From positions 94,860,001 to 94,924,000 of the forward strand of contig OZ024740.1 in the NCBI GenBank assembly GCA_964016885.1: a stretch of DNA of 64,000 nt. The letters run 5' to 3'. This document shows positions 1-12,599 of the stretch, one piece after another; the stretch's first letter is position 1, and each line of letters opens with the position of its first letter. The position numbers and the translations under genes are program-made. The notes under the pieces are model-generated. The model worked only from the letters and a program-made list of their open reading frames with translations. It was not told where the DNA came from and searched no databases. The stretch is from Eledone cirrhosa (Eukaryota).

Positions 1-150
1 CACCCCAGGTACTAACACTTGCTTCCTGAAGCTCCAACACTTCAGTGACGAAACAACTACAACGATCCGCAGAGCTATCAGACGAGAGGGTCTAGATATC
101 CAACTGGCACACTTAGGTCCTTCTCTACGCGGACAGCTAACCAAAAGAGA
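1..150 (+). mobile_element. Penelope-like element fragment (RT-to-endonuclease linker)
   Basis: Reads LKLQHFSDETTTTIRRAIRREGLDIQLAHLGPSLRGQLTK, resembling the PLE linker pattern; runs directly into an inverted repeat. Confidence 0.5.
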
Positions 151-1486
151 CGTATGCTAGCAAATATATAGGTTTTGTCTTAGTAACTTTGTGATTCAAT
201 GGAAGAGGATGCAGAACAATTATATGAAAGACGTAAAATAAGAAAATTATAAAAATGTACTTACTTACTAAAATTTCACTACAACTAATTAGTTTCTGAA
301 AGGGAATAAACATGGTCTCCGAATAGAACAACATGGAGAATGCCTTTTGTCATCAGGAAGTCAATTCTCAGCTAAGTTCCCACGCGATGCATAAGCAAGT
401 TAATTTTTATAATTTTCTTATTTTACGTCTTTCATATAATAGATCTGCATCCCCTTGAATTGAACCACAAAGTTACTAAGACAAAACCTATATATTTGCT
501 AGCATAGGTATGCATCTGTATATATATATGTTGGTAGATATACTAATTCTTTATAATTATCTCCAAATTATTTTGTTGAGCAAAAATTTGCCAAAACTAC
601 TACTATATTTCATAGTAATAGTCCGGCTACTGTCTTATTAACACCCCCACTTCTCACTGATAAACCTCGATGTCACGTGATTAATTCTTTTGAATTTGCC
701 ACCGACCAAGTAGGCAGTGATGTTTTCAATGTCCTGGAATTTAGTCCTCGATTGCTTTTTTCCATCCACTGAATTGTTTTTGTATAAGTTCCGTGTGTCC
801 ACGCATCGCCTGGGAACTTATCTGAGAATTGACTTCCTGATGACGAAAGGCATTCTCCATTTTCCATTCGGAAACAATGTTTATTCCCTTTCAGAAACTA
901 ATTAGTTGGAGTGAAATTTTAGTAAATAAGTTAATTTTTATAATTTTCTTATTTTAATTCTTTCATATAATAGTTCTACATCCCCTTGCATTGAACCACA
1001 ATGTAACTAAGATAAAACCTATATATTTGCTAGCATAGGTATGCGTCTGTATATATATATGTTGGTAGATATACTAATTCTTTATAATTATCACCAAATT
1101 ATTTTGTTGAGTAAACATTTGCCAAAACTACTACTATAGTTCATAGTAATAGTCCGCTACTGTCTTAATAACACCCGACTCCTCACTGATTAACCTCGAT
1201 GTCACGTGATTGATTATTTTATATTTGCGACCGACCATGTAGGCAGTGATTGTTTCAATGTCCTTGAATTTAGTCCTCTCTTGCTTTTTTCCATCCACTA
1301 AATTATTTTCGTATAAGTTCCCTGTGTCCACACATCGCCTGGGAACTTAGCTGAGAATTGACAACCGGATGACGAAAGGTATTCTCTATGTTCCATTCGG
1401 AATCCATGTTTATTCCCTCTCAGAAACTAATGAGTTGGAGTGAAATTTTAGTAAGTTAATTTTTGTAATTTTCTTATTTTACGTCT
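151..1486. repeat. ~530 bp tandem repeat (about 2 copies) with an inverted partial copy; pLTR-like
   Basis: 398-927 matches 928-1453; 151-390 is a reverse complement of part of the unit; contains CTGATGA-CGAA...TTCG-GAAAC at ~837-875. Confidence 0.8.
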
Positions 1487-1835
<349 letters not shown>

Positions 1836-1984
1836 AAATAACAGATTAATATTTAAGCAAATAATCACTGCTTTCACCCTAAATGGGATCTTCTGAAACT
1901 AAATAAATCAATCTGGGAACGCAGAAGTAAATATTTAGAAACACGTTGCAAACGAAGGAAGATAGAAAGGCGTTAATTTGGTTC

Positions 1985-2258
1985 GTAGAAACGCTCCCTG
2001 GCAAAGAACGGAATAGAAACGAAGAAAATACGTCATTATTTGGAGCGGTGAAAACAATTATACGCAAAGACAAAACCACGTTAAAGGCATAAATGAAGTC
2101 GTAGACTAATATTCTATTAGGTGGTACGTGGAGACGTTCTCTGGCAATGAACGGAAAAAACGAAGATAATACGTCATTATTTGGAGTCGTGAGAACAATT
2201 ATGCGCAAAGACAAAACCACATTTATGGTATAACTGAAGTCGTGGACTAAAATTCTAT
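1985..2258. repeat. ~123 bp tandem repeat, about 2.2 copies
   Basis: acgtcattatttggag...acaattat.cgcaaagacaaaaccac occurs at ~2030 and ~2171. Confidence 0.8.
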
Positions 2259-2989
2259 TTAGTTAACCGAAAGATTTTCGGCTTCAGAGTTAAAAATAAT
2301 GTAAATAAATAGAGAGATAATTGAAATCTACAAAAATTAAATATATGCATGCACGCATTCATACACGTACATACACATGCGTACGCGAAAACGCCCGCCA
2401 TGGGTATCCAAATACAAGCACGTACACACGAAACACGCACGCACATACAGAGAACAAGCAACGCTTGTACACGCTCAGATACGAACGTATACACCAAATA
2501 CACATACAAAAATATATATAACATTATATATATATATATACGTGTGTGTGTGTGCGTGTATACATATAATTATATAAACGTATATAAATATACACACATA
2601 AGTACGTATATAACGCGCGCACACACATACCTACATGTAAATACACATAATATCGCTAAATATGTCAACCAAAACACAAAGTACACATATACACACACTT
2701 TACATACGTACGAACCTGCATAATCGCACAGGCGCAAAACTCACTTATACACATAAGCATATGCACATGTACCAGTACATATAATATAATATATATTGCT
2801 ATAACATATACAAGCAAATATAGGTACGAGTAAGTATACGTAACTTCCCAAGATATACAGGTAATATATACATATCTATACAAATAAGTAATGGTATAAA
2901 CATAACATATACTTAGCTACCAGGTCAATACGTAAAATATCTGCGTATAGTTCGTACTATACATTAGGGTATAATGTGGGGCTGTAATA

Positions 2990-5240
2990 CTGGAAAGTGT
3001 TGTGCAATTTATGTCTACAAGCCGTAATTGCCTCAGATTTTTTGTTTAAGATGTGGTGTTTGGCGTAGAGTATTTACAGGGTTTCAGTGGTGCAGAGGTT
3101 TTTTATTTCCGGAATACAATCTAGCCCTAGCTAGGATCTCCCAGCGTAACTTATATTGGGTGTGGTTGTCATTTAGTCGCCAGCTATGGGCTGAAAATTA
3201 CGTCATATTCCTTCTTATAGGGTTAATAAAAGAATGGCTGTGCATGTAATGCCGCTGCTTGTATCTAATGGCGGTTACCCTATATAAGCCCTACGGGGCG
3301 TGGGTGTTTCACCCTTACATTTGTAGACAATATTACTAGAGAGGCATTTCCCGGATAGACGGCAGTCAACCCCATCCTTACAATTACAGATAGTACTAGC
3401 TACAGGGTTGCACGTGTTCCTAGGGCTATGTAATTTACCTAAATTTGAAGCTGTGATGCTATTTGCAAGGTTAGGGGTCGTAGAGTAAGACATTTTAATG
3501 GTATTTCTATTAAAAAAATTACTATGTTTATGAGTGGGGAGAAATGCTTCATAATAAGGGAGAGAAAGTTCTTAACTAATGGTGTGGCCACCTACATATT
3601 GTATGGTGTGATATACCATATAATGCGTCGGATCTATTTTTCCTAGGTCTATTCTCATACTCTGTATATGCTACCTTATCAACAAATCCACTCCGAACAA
3701 GAACTTCATTGTAAGATGTGGAATGATCGGTGGAAATATGCTCGTTTGTTGATAGACGGGAAAGCCTCAAAGAAACGTTTCCTACCAGGTTCTTGTTTAT
3801 GCGGGCATGATAGTTAGAATACTTACTTATGTAATTAAGCGAATCATTCGTATTTCTATACGGGTAGTGCAAGCCATTCGACAAATTGAGGGTAACGTCG
3901 ATGTAATTAACGACTGAGAGGTTGGCCTCAACCTGTATGGAGACGTTGAAGCCTTTAAAGAAGGCTCTGGATTCTTTTCTGAACCTGTCGCAAAGACGTG
4001 AGTCGACTTAGTCATGGTCAAGTGACCGTCATCACGGTACAAACCAACGCCCACGTTGGGGAATTTTTCCTTGATAGAGAAAAGGAGGAAAAGCCCGAAA
4101 AGATCAGTGACCTCCGCAGAATCGCTGGCGCCCATACTCACATCAAATGCGGTACTATTAGATTTGTTAATCCACATAGAGTCGTCGAAATTAATCACCG
4201 ACTTACGGGCATTGAGGATGACATCAACTTCAAAATCCTTAACCACTGTGAGTGTTTTAGCGAAATGGATAGCTCTAAGAAGAATTGGTAAAATGATGGA
4301 GGAGTAGTATTCATTGATGTCCAATTGGATAACACGGCAATGTTCCCTGTTGCATATGCCGTTGAACCAATCAATCACCGCGAAAGAATTGTTCCACTGT
4401 TACAGAAGGGCCACACTTCTAATTTCAGGTATAAATCTATCTAAAACCCTTTTACTAAATCTACCTAAATCGTACTCCGTAGGGTTAATAAGCCGAATAG
4501 AGGGGTTGTCCCTTAAATTGGATTTGTGATCCTTCAGGGTAAAGTGGGGACAAATAGGGTCCAGAAGTTCAGACCGGTCCAGGATGTTGAGATCAGAGGT
4601 GATTTTAAACCCAGTTGATGTCATTAATGACGCTCCGATAAGTTTTACGGTAATCCTTAGTTACAACATTATGTAGTAGTTGATGATAAGTACTGCGCTC
4701 CACTTGATATAGCTTGCCAGTCGTGTCGGAGTGGACGAGTATGGCATTAGAATCCTTAATAGAATGAATTCCATTCTTCAGGTCCTGCTGGAAGGAATTG
4801 CTCCTATTCCGAAATTTGATACTCCGTATGATTTCCAAGAGATCATTTTCGAAGGGTTATTCGGGAGGGTTATTGTAGGTTTTAAACCCATATTTATCCT
4901 GTTTGTTGTCCGCTTTTCCCTGTTTATCGAAATAAAAGGCACGCCAACGCAACCTTTTAATGAACGCGTCTGTTTTCTGTATCAGGAGTTTTAGGTATGT
5001 TTTCCTGCTTGGTACGGGTATGTTCTTTGTAGAAATATTCAGATGTTGTTTCTGCATGATGAGCATAAACACACCTGCACAGTGTCGTATTTGTGACAGT
5101 AACGTATTAGCTCAATGTACAAAAACAGAGCCGTTATAGATAAAATAAATCTAAGAACGCCTACATAGTAATACCATTTTTATTCGCTAACGATGTTTCA
5201 TCCAATCTGTGGGGCAGGAATCCTCAGCGCGTTAGAAACA
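2990..5240 (-). mobile_element. Near full-length degenerate Penelope-like element, Naiad-type (RT + GIY-YIG)
   Basis: Frameshifted ORF pieces: STKNIPVPSRKTYLKLLIQKTDAFIKRLRWRAFYF; FTLKDHK..IRLINP; QLDINEYYSSI; FDVSMGASDSAEV; GLYRDDG; CNC..CRLSGKCLSSNIVYKC..YIG. Confidence 0.93.
5183..5236 (-). ncRNA. Degenerate type I hammerhead in the 5' pLTR
   Basis: Reverse complement reads cuaacgcg CUGAGGA uucc...gga u GAAA cauc guuag; stem III is shortened. Confidence 0.5.
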
Positions 5241-5915
5241 AAAATATAGTGTTGAATATAAGCTCCACCAAGCTTAGTTACCAGAACAGTAGAGGATAAT
5301 AAGAGGGAGGTTGGATCTGAGAAGGATGGAGAGAATGCGTAATGGGGTTGTTAGTCAACATTGTAGCAAAACGTGAGAATACAAGAATACAGGCATATCT
5401 TCTCACAAGAGACTGAGGCATGTGAAGGCACACAAAAGCAACAAAAGAGGATATGCATTGCTTACTATAGATGACAGGTGTTTTATTTTCCTATGACTTA
5501 GAGTCAGAAAAATACTATGGCACCCATGACGTAAATTCAGATCGTCCAAAGGGGATTTCTCCCCCCCCCCCCCCGCAATCAGCGTATATCAGTGGGATTT
5601 AAATGTTTTAATTATTTTTTAAATTATTTTTTTAATTATCTTTAATTGCTCTTGATCGCTTTTGTGTGCCTTCACATGCCTCAGTCTCTTGTGAGAAAAT
5701 CTGCCTGTATTCTTGTATTCTCATGTTTTGCTACAATGTTGACTAACAACCCATTACGCATTCTCTCCATCCTTCTCATATCCAATCTCCCTCTTATTAT
5801 CCTGTACTGTATATCTACTGATCTGGTGACTAAGTTTGGTAGAGCTTATATTCAGCACTATATTTTTGTTTATAATTCTCTGATGATTCCTTCCCCACGG
5901 ATTGAATAAACATTA
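5200..5915. repeat. Inverted pLTR pair at the 5' end of the Naiad-type element
   Basis: ~5200-5450 is reverse complementary to ~5650-5910. Confidence 0.85.
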
Positions 5916-6506
5916 TACTTTTCTTTGGTTCCATCTATATTCCTCTACTTGTTCTATTTTTAGAACAAATAATCCTCTTGAAGAAAGAACTAATAAATAT
6001 TTAGGATTGTTTTATACCATTCCACTAGATATAACACACTTATATCTGCACCCATTTTACTCCATCTTTAATCTTCATTGACCGTCCACACGTTTCTATA
6101 CAATCTGTCTAAATTCTTTTATACTCGCAACTTTTTTTTCTTTTCTTAAATGCCATTCGATACCTCATCCCCTGACTGCTAATTTATTCATCTACTACTA
6201 CCAGCTAAATGATCTATATTGCCCCTTCCTATTTTTACTATTGGTCAATATGAACGTTATTCTTAAAAGTTACGTATTCATACATGTTTTTATATTCTTC
6301 AATAAATAAAACTCATTATTTCTCAAAACGTATGAAGACGTATTGAAGACGTATGTATATTTTCTTACTTTGATATGTGTTATATATTTCACATAGATCA
6401 CTAATAGAATGAACATACGAAGGACTACCCCGCATAAATGATCATAAAATAAGTGTTTTATTATGAATTACCCGTATTTTTTTAATTTCATTGTTTTCAT
6501 CATTTG

Positions 6507-6554
<48 letters not shown>

Positions 6555-6574
6555 GCTATCGTCGTAATGTAAAC

Positions 6575-6753
6575 AATCTGTTTGTAACAGATAATCCGTG
6601 GACATCATCAGCGAGAGAAATAGATTAAATGAAAAAAAGCACCTAAGTCAGAACCCACACAAATGAATAATTCACCTCGTGCGCTAATGTTTGTTTAATT
6701 TAATCTAATTCTCTCGCTGATGATGCCCACGGATTATCTGTTACAAACAGATT
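6575..6753. repeat. Short fold-back carrying the 5' half of a hammerhead in both arms
   Basis: 6575-6630 is inverted at 6698-6753; ctctcg CTGATGA tgccc is present but GAAA is missing. Confidence 0.6.
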
Positions 6754-6914
6754 AAATCTGCCCGGGAGATGTAATATTTATTGAGGCGGTCTGTATATAT
6801 TTTATTTTATTTTATATATATATATATACAAAATTAAAATTAAGGGTTGTAATGTCTGAGAGAAATGCGCCATATCCACCGTAGAATAAGCTCAAAGATT
6901 AGATCCGAGCAATA

Positions 6915-7573
6915 CATATCAACTAGAAATAGAATGACATATATATATATATATATAATAAATACATGAAACAATCACAGGGAATAGTTTGTAAAGAATG
7001 TAAGCACATATAGCTAGGCAGGTAACAAATTAAAGTTTGACTAGAACTTCAAATACCTTTTAATATGAGTAATCTCCTCTGTATATATTTCTTTATTTAA
7101 GAAATATATTTCACCTATTAACTTTAATTTTGGATATATATACGGCCTCTTGATTGTTGAGCTAATTCAGTTGAATAGGCTCGGCTGCTATTTCTGGCTG
7201 TCGATGGTCCGATTCAGGACACTAGGATGACGTTGTTCAAAGAGTGTATTTTTAAAAAAATGCAACACCTGGTTCGAATATTTCGCATATATGCATTTGC
7301 TGTGTAAACACAAATGGTTATTTTCTTCTCTTTGGTGAGCATCCAATAATTTAACTGGTGTGATTTACGGATTAATTGGTGAAATATATTTCTTACTTAA
7401 AGAAATATATACAATGGAGATTAATTATTCTAAAATGTATCTATCTTTGAAGTTCTAGTCAAGCTTTAATTAGTTACGTACCTAGCTATGTGTGCTTACA
7501 TTATTTACAAAGTATTCCTTGTGATTGGTTCATGTATTTATTGTATATATATATATGTCAATCTATTTCTAAT

Positions 7574-7580
<7 letters not shown>
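6915..7580. mobile_element. PLE 3' fragment with ~220 bp inverted arms
   Basis: 6917-7135 is inverted at 7365-7580; the spacer weakly resembles a GIY-YIG C-terminus on the minus strand. Confidence 0.6.
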
Positions 7581-7619
<39 letters not shown>

Positions 7620-7649
7620 ATTATGTAATAAACAACATAAGGCAATTAT

Positions 7650-7707
7650 TCCATTTACCAGTGGTTTCTTAAAAGCAAAAGGTTTTGCTTTCAATCCTCA
7701 GAATGAA
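7650..7707 (-). ncRNA. Type I hammerhead ribozyme with intact core
   Basis: UUCAUU CUGAGGA UUGAAAGCAAAA cc UUUUGCUUUUAA GAAA CCACUGG UA AAUGGA; stems I, II and III pair; GUA site. Decayed sibling at ~31953-32011. Confidence 0.85.
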
Positions 7708-7917
7708 AAATCCTGGTTTGTTTATTGAATATGGATTCTAAAAACGAAAATGCAATCTATATGAAAGTGAGGCTGGAAAAGGGAGAAGGAAAGGAAAAAT
7801 AAAATAAAATAAAACTACACATGCAAACACACACAAAAAGACCCAAAAGCATACTTACACACACACACATATATACACATATAATTTGCACGCATACACA
7901 TATACACATACACATAC

Positions 7918-7956
<39 letters not shown>

Positions 7957-8523
7957 CACATACATATGTTGGTTGGTTCCACAAAGACCTCCCTGTATAG
8001 ATAAGAAATGTATACTCTGTAAATTAAGCCCCCATATTAACTATAAAACTAGAAATGTAGTACTGAAGGACAATGTAGAGATACAAATATAGTGTACATA
8101 GGTGAGACAGCTCGTAGTATAGAGGAACGGATAAATGAACACTAGCGAGAGCTTCAAGATAGTAAAGACTCATCTGTACTCCACCAACATGCTAAAAAAT
8201 ATAATGGCAAATTAGAGAACATAGAAATAAAAATCGAATCTACACACACAAAAGAGGCAATGTTTAGACAAATCACAGAAGCAGTAAACATAAATGGAAC
8301 AGCAACATCAAAACTTACAATTAAGGACAAAATGAAAACACACACACACATAGAACAAACAACCAACCAGTAACATGTAAATAAACAAACAAAGAAACAA
8401 ATATAATCACAGACAGACACCCGGATGTAACACATGCGCAAACGAAGCACACAACACACACAAAAAGAATATGGCGTATGGCAGAACAAAGGAGAGGCAC
8501 AAAAACAAAGCAAATAATCCCCA

Positions 8524-8566
8524 GTCACTGAAGAGGTCACATAATGTGTGACGAAAGAACTTTGAC
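8524..8566 (+). ncRNA. Minimal type I hammerhead (GAAAGAAC family)
   Basis: GUCA CUGAAGA G GUCAC auaaugu GUGAC GAAA GAAC UU UGAC. Confidence 0.75.
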
Positions 8567-8700
8567 AATATATGACCAATCATCTGGTTGTGGAACCAAC
8601 CAACCAATCGGAAATTTATAAATTCCTAAATTTATAATAAATTGTAGTGGAATCTATGGTGCGTGTGTTTATTATTGGCAACATGACCCTCCCAAAGTAT

Positions 8701-8812
<112 letters not shown>

Positions 8813-9199
8813 TCATACGACTTAGCAAATATAATAATAGTATCGTGTATATGAGTTTGTATATGATCATATTCGCAAAGGCATACGCGGCACTTTTATT
8901 ATGTAAATATTTTGCCTCTAACCTTTTTGTTACTCCAATAAATCCCAATTTCAACTAACTTGAATGTATGGCATTACTATTTTATCAAACATTTAAGAGC
9001 TGAACGTTAGATAGCGCAGAGTAATTGTTAGAAATTACAAACAAAATATAAAATTACGTTTTTAAAAAAAATATTTAGCGTCTTTGAATTCTTCAAGTTG
9101 ATATATTTGCATTAAAAATAATTAGATAACTGCAAGAATGAAGATTACATAGAAATATCCGAACCCAATAAATGGTCGTATTTATGGTTTGTCTACAGA

Positions 9200-9450
9200 C
9201 ACGTGGCTTTGTGGTAAGATCGTTCGAATTATGATCAATAATCGTCGGTTCGATTCCCGTACTAGGTGGTTTGTTGCATTCTTGAGAACAATATTTTGTT
9301 TCAAGTTATTCCATTATACGCAGCTGAAAATGAGTGCCAAGAGTGGCTGGTGGTTTAACCCTACACTAGACTCGCGTCCTATTCAGGGAGTACCATCAGT
9401 CTAAACTGAGATGATCACCGGCCTAACGAACCTTTTGGCTTACAGAATTT
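9200..9450 (+). mobile_element. Old tRNA-derived SINE
   Basis: A-box-like gtggctttgtggtaag and B-box ggttcgattccc. Confidence 0.6.
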
Positions 9451-9937
9451 ACACTTAGAGATTTTAAGTTAGTGTCGCACCGAAAAAGAGTGCATAAAAG
9501 CAAAGTGCAACGCGAGACACTGTTGTAATAAATTTAGTCCGATGTTTTCACCAGGTTAACATGGGAAATTATGATATTAATTATAAACTTAGGAATAATT
9601 TGTAATTTCGTTTCACCTAATATAGTAACATTTAATTTGAAAATAATCGAAAGGTTAAATGAAATTTAGGAGAAAAATGCTTATGATGCATTGATGTAAA
9701 CGAATAATTTATCATATGAGAACATTTAATATAATTACTGAGACCATGGAATGATATTACGTTATAATATTTTTAGAAATTCTGTATTTTGAATATAGTT
9801 AAATGTATAATTTAATATCTTAATAATTAATATAATTATATAATAATTTCATTTGAGACATTTACCAATCTGAAATGACACATGTGTGTTTTTATACATA
9901 TTTGCAACAAAGTATGTATGTGTGCGTTTCTATATAC

Positions 9938-9979
<42 letters not shown>

Positions 9980-9986
9980 CTCGAAA

Positions 9987-10069
<83 letters not shown>

Positions 10070-10082
10070 CAAAGGTGTATAT

Positions 10083-10760
10083 CGAGTTATGAACTCGAAA
10101 TAGTCTCTTACAATAAAATAGTTTTAGGAAAGAGATTTCAACGAGTTGTATATCAAATTGGATATAAAAGAGAGATAAACACAGATGCATATATATATAT
10201 ATATATATATGTATATGTGTTCAAAGCGTAAGGGACCAGATTCGCCATGGCAAAACAAATTCTGCCTATGGACAATAGGGTTTGCCAGACTCAATTTAAG
10301 AATAAATCAAGAAAATATATACAAACCGGAATTGTCGTAACTACCGATCACCGATACAGCGTTTGGCTATGCTGTTTCGCAAATTAATTGTTAAGGGGAT
10401 TACACATTCTTGCTCATCAGTGGGTGAAAATTAGTAAGCTCCTCCCTTCTAAGTATATCAGTAAACTGAATAATGTGCGTATATATAACATCGTACATGT
10501 TATTAGAACTTAGCGTGTCTCACAAACTCACACCACTAAAAATACCAGCCAAGTTTACTCGACATTTAAATTAGATCGACAAATTAACGGAGCCGAATAT
10601 ATTAAAGGGATATATTGAGTTAGAAACTCAAAATAGTCTCTTACAATAAAATAGCTTTAGGAAAGAGATTTTTCCGAGCCGTATATCATAATTGAATATA
10701 AAAGAGAGATAAACACAGATACATATATAAATGTGTTCAAATCGTAAGGACCCGGATTTG
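10083..10760. repeat. ~534 bp unit bounded by ~150 bp direct repeats
   Basis: aactc.aaatagtctcttacaataaaatag at ~10092 and ~10626. Confidence 0.8.
10349..10426 (-). ncRNA. Canonical type I hammerhead with a full stem III
   Basis: CACCCA CUGAUGA GCAA...UUGC GAAA CAGC auagccaaac GCUG UA UCGGUG. Confidence 0.88.
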
Positions 10761-11175
10761 CTAGAGTGAAACAAATTACTAATTATGGACAATATTTATA
10801 CATATATATACATAATCAAATACATATATACATATATATATATATGTATATACATATGTGTGTGTGTGTTTGGGGGGGGGCGAGTTCCTGTATTTGCGTG
10901 TGTTTGTGGGGAGGGAGGTTGTGTGTATGTGTGAGTTTGTGTTTGTTTGTCTACACTTGAAGTTTGTACAACTCGTTATTTCAGGCTTTTCGGTAACTTT
11001 TCCTCCTCTGGTTTCACCGTTTGAACTTTTCATCTTTTCTTGTTTTTCCTTTTTAAGTGGGGGGGGAGGGGGTATGATAGAAATTGATTTAATAGGATAC
11101 ACTAGAAATAATATTTAATTGACTATCATGCAAGCCGTATATATTGAAGCTGCTATTCCTTTCCATATGGAAGAT

Positions 11176-11290
11176 AATAATTGATTCTACTTTTGGCACA
11201 AGGCCAACAAATTAACCAGTGTATTACTGGTACTTTAATTTATCTACCCCGTAAGGGTGAAAGGCAAAGTTAATATTGGTGGGTTAACAC
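11176..11290 (-). mobile_element. Octopus-type SINE, 3' part
   Basis: Reverse complement matches the 3' half of 11510-11702. Confidence 0.75.
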
Positions 11291-11509
11291 TTGGAAGATA
11301 ATAATACAGAAAGATCAGCACGTAAGTTAATGACGTTATCGAAAATAAATCTTTGAAAAATGGCAACGGTGCAGATAGACATATATATGTATTGAAAATA
11401 TGTTGGTGCATATTTTTTATGAAGTATTTTGAGGATGATTTTGTTCCATACAATATATAATATTCATTTTAAATACAAAGAAAAAATGTAAACATATTCC
11501 TAAAATTAA

Positions 11510-11702
11510 AGGCGGTTGATTGATAGTATCGGCAGAGGGTCGGAAGCCATGCTTTGACGCATAGAATTACGGCCATTTCCATTCTGAGTTCAAAACCCAC
11601 CGAAGTTAACTTTGCCTTTCATCCTTACGGAGTCGATAAAATAAAGTACCAGTAATGCAGTGGGTAATTGCTGGGCTTGTGCCAAAAGTAGAAACAATTA
11701 TT
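11510..11702 (+). mobile_element. Octopus-type tRNA-derived SINE
   Basis: gagttcaaa B-box; body gttaactttgcctttcatccttacgg.gtcgataaaataaagtaccag; tail ttgtgccaaaagtagaaac. Confidence 0.88.
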
Positions 11703-12282
11703 TGTAGAATAAAAAAAATTAATCAACATTTTAAGATTTGGAACGATATGTTTTAAAACCTGACTGTTTATGGCAATATGGCATAACATAATGCAATATT
11801 AAGTTGTATAGAATATATACGAAAAACATCATAAATCAATCAAAAAAGAAACTCTGTAATGCCTAAATTTAAAATGAGAAACATTCAAAATTGTAACGAA
11901 TGAAAGTGTATGAAATCATAGCAAGACATGTGTGATAGTTAAAACAATATATGACACGACAATGAAAAATGAATTAAAAATTTGTTATAAAGAAAATAAA
12001 GAGGAGAGTAATTGTTTGATGGAATTCAGAATGAAACGGAAATTTGCTGCACAATAATATGTTCAATATATTGTTATATAATGTTTCATATACTTAACGC
12101 GTAAGAGCATTCTAATATAACAAAATATGAACCCAAAAATACACTTTGTAAACGGCATCTGTATTGTCGGCAAATCTAATATTCCCATATCAGTATCCCC
12201 AATATATTAGTACACAATACATGAGACGAATTTGAATGGCATAACGATGTGTGTAATATCAGTCATTATTAAATAGCTATTA

Positions 12283-12475
12283 GGGAGGTGGATTGGCAGT
12301 ATCGGTAGAGGGTCGGATACCATGCTTTGACGCATAGAGTTACGGCCCTTGCTATTCTGTGTTCAAATCCCGCCGAGGTTAACTTTGCCTATCATCCTTA
12401 CGGGGTCGATAAAATAAAGTACCAGTAATACACTGGGTAATTGCTGGCCTTGTGCCAATAGTAGAAACAATTATT
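12283..12475 (+). mobile_element. Octopus-type SINE with target-site duplication
   Basis: Same body; attattaaatagcta is duplicated at 12265-12279 and 12470-12484. Confidence 0.9.
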
Positions 12476-12599
12476 AAATAGCTACTAATGGTAGAAGCGT
12501 TCCTTTTTTAAGTTGATGTGTAGTGCTTCGCCTCCGCCATTATTTCTACATGAAACTCATTTTATTTAATTATTATATTATTTTGAACACAACCCAGTT

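Noticed and set aside
1855-1892. Hammerhead on the minus strand (also ~15405-15440)
   Set aside because: GAAGA-UCCC..GGGU-GAAA is present, but both copies lack CUG and stem I; at most a truncated remnant.
11510-11702. tRNA genes
   Set aside because: The A/B boxes belong to SINE heads; no cloverleaf.
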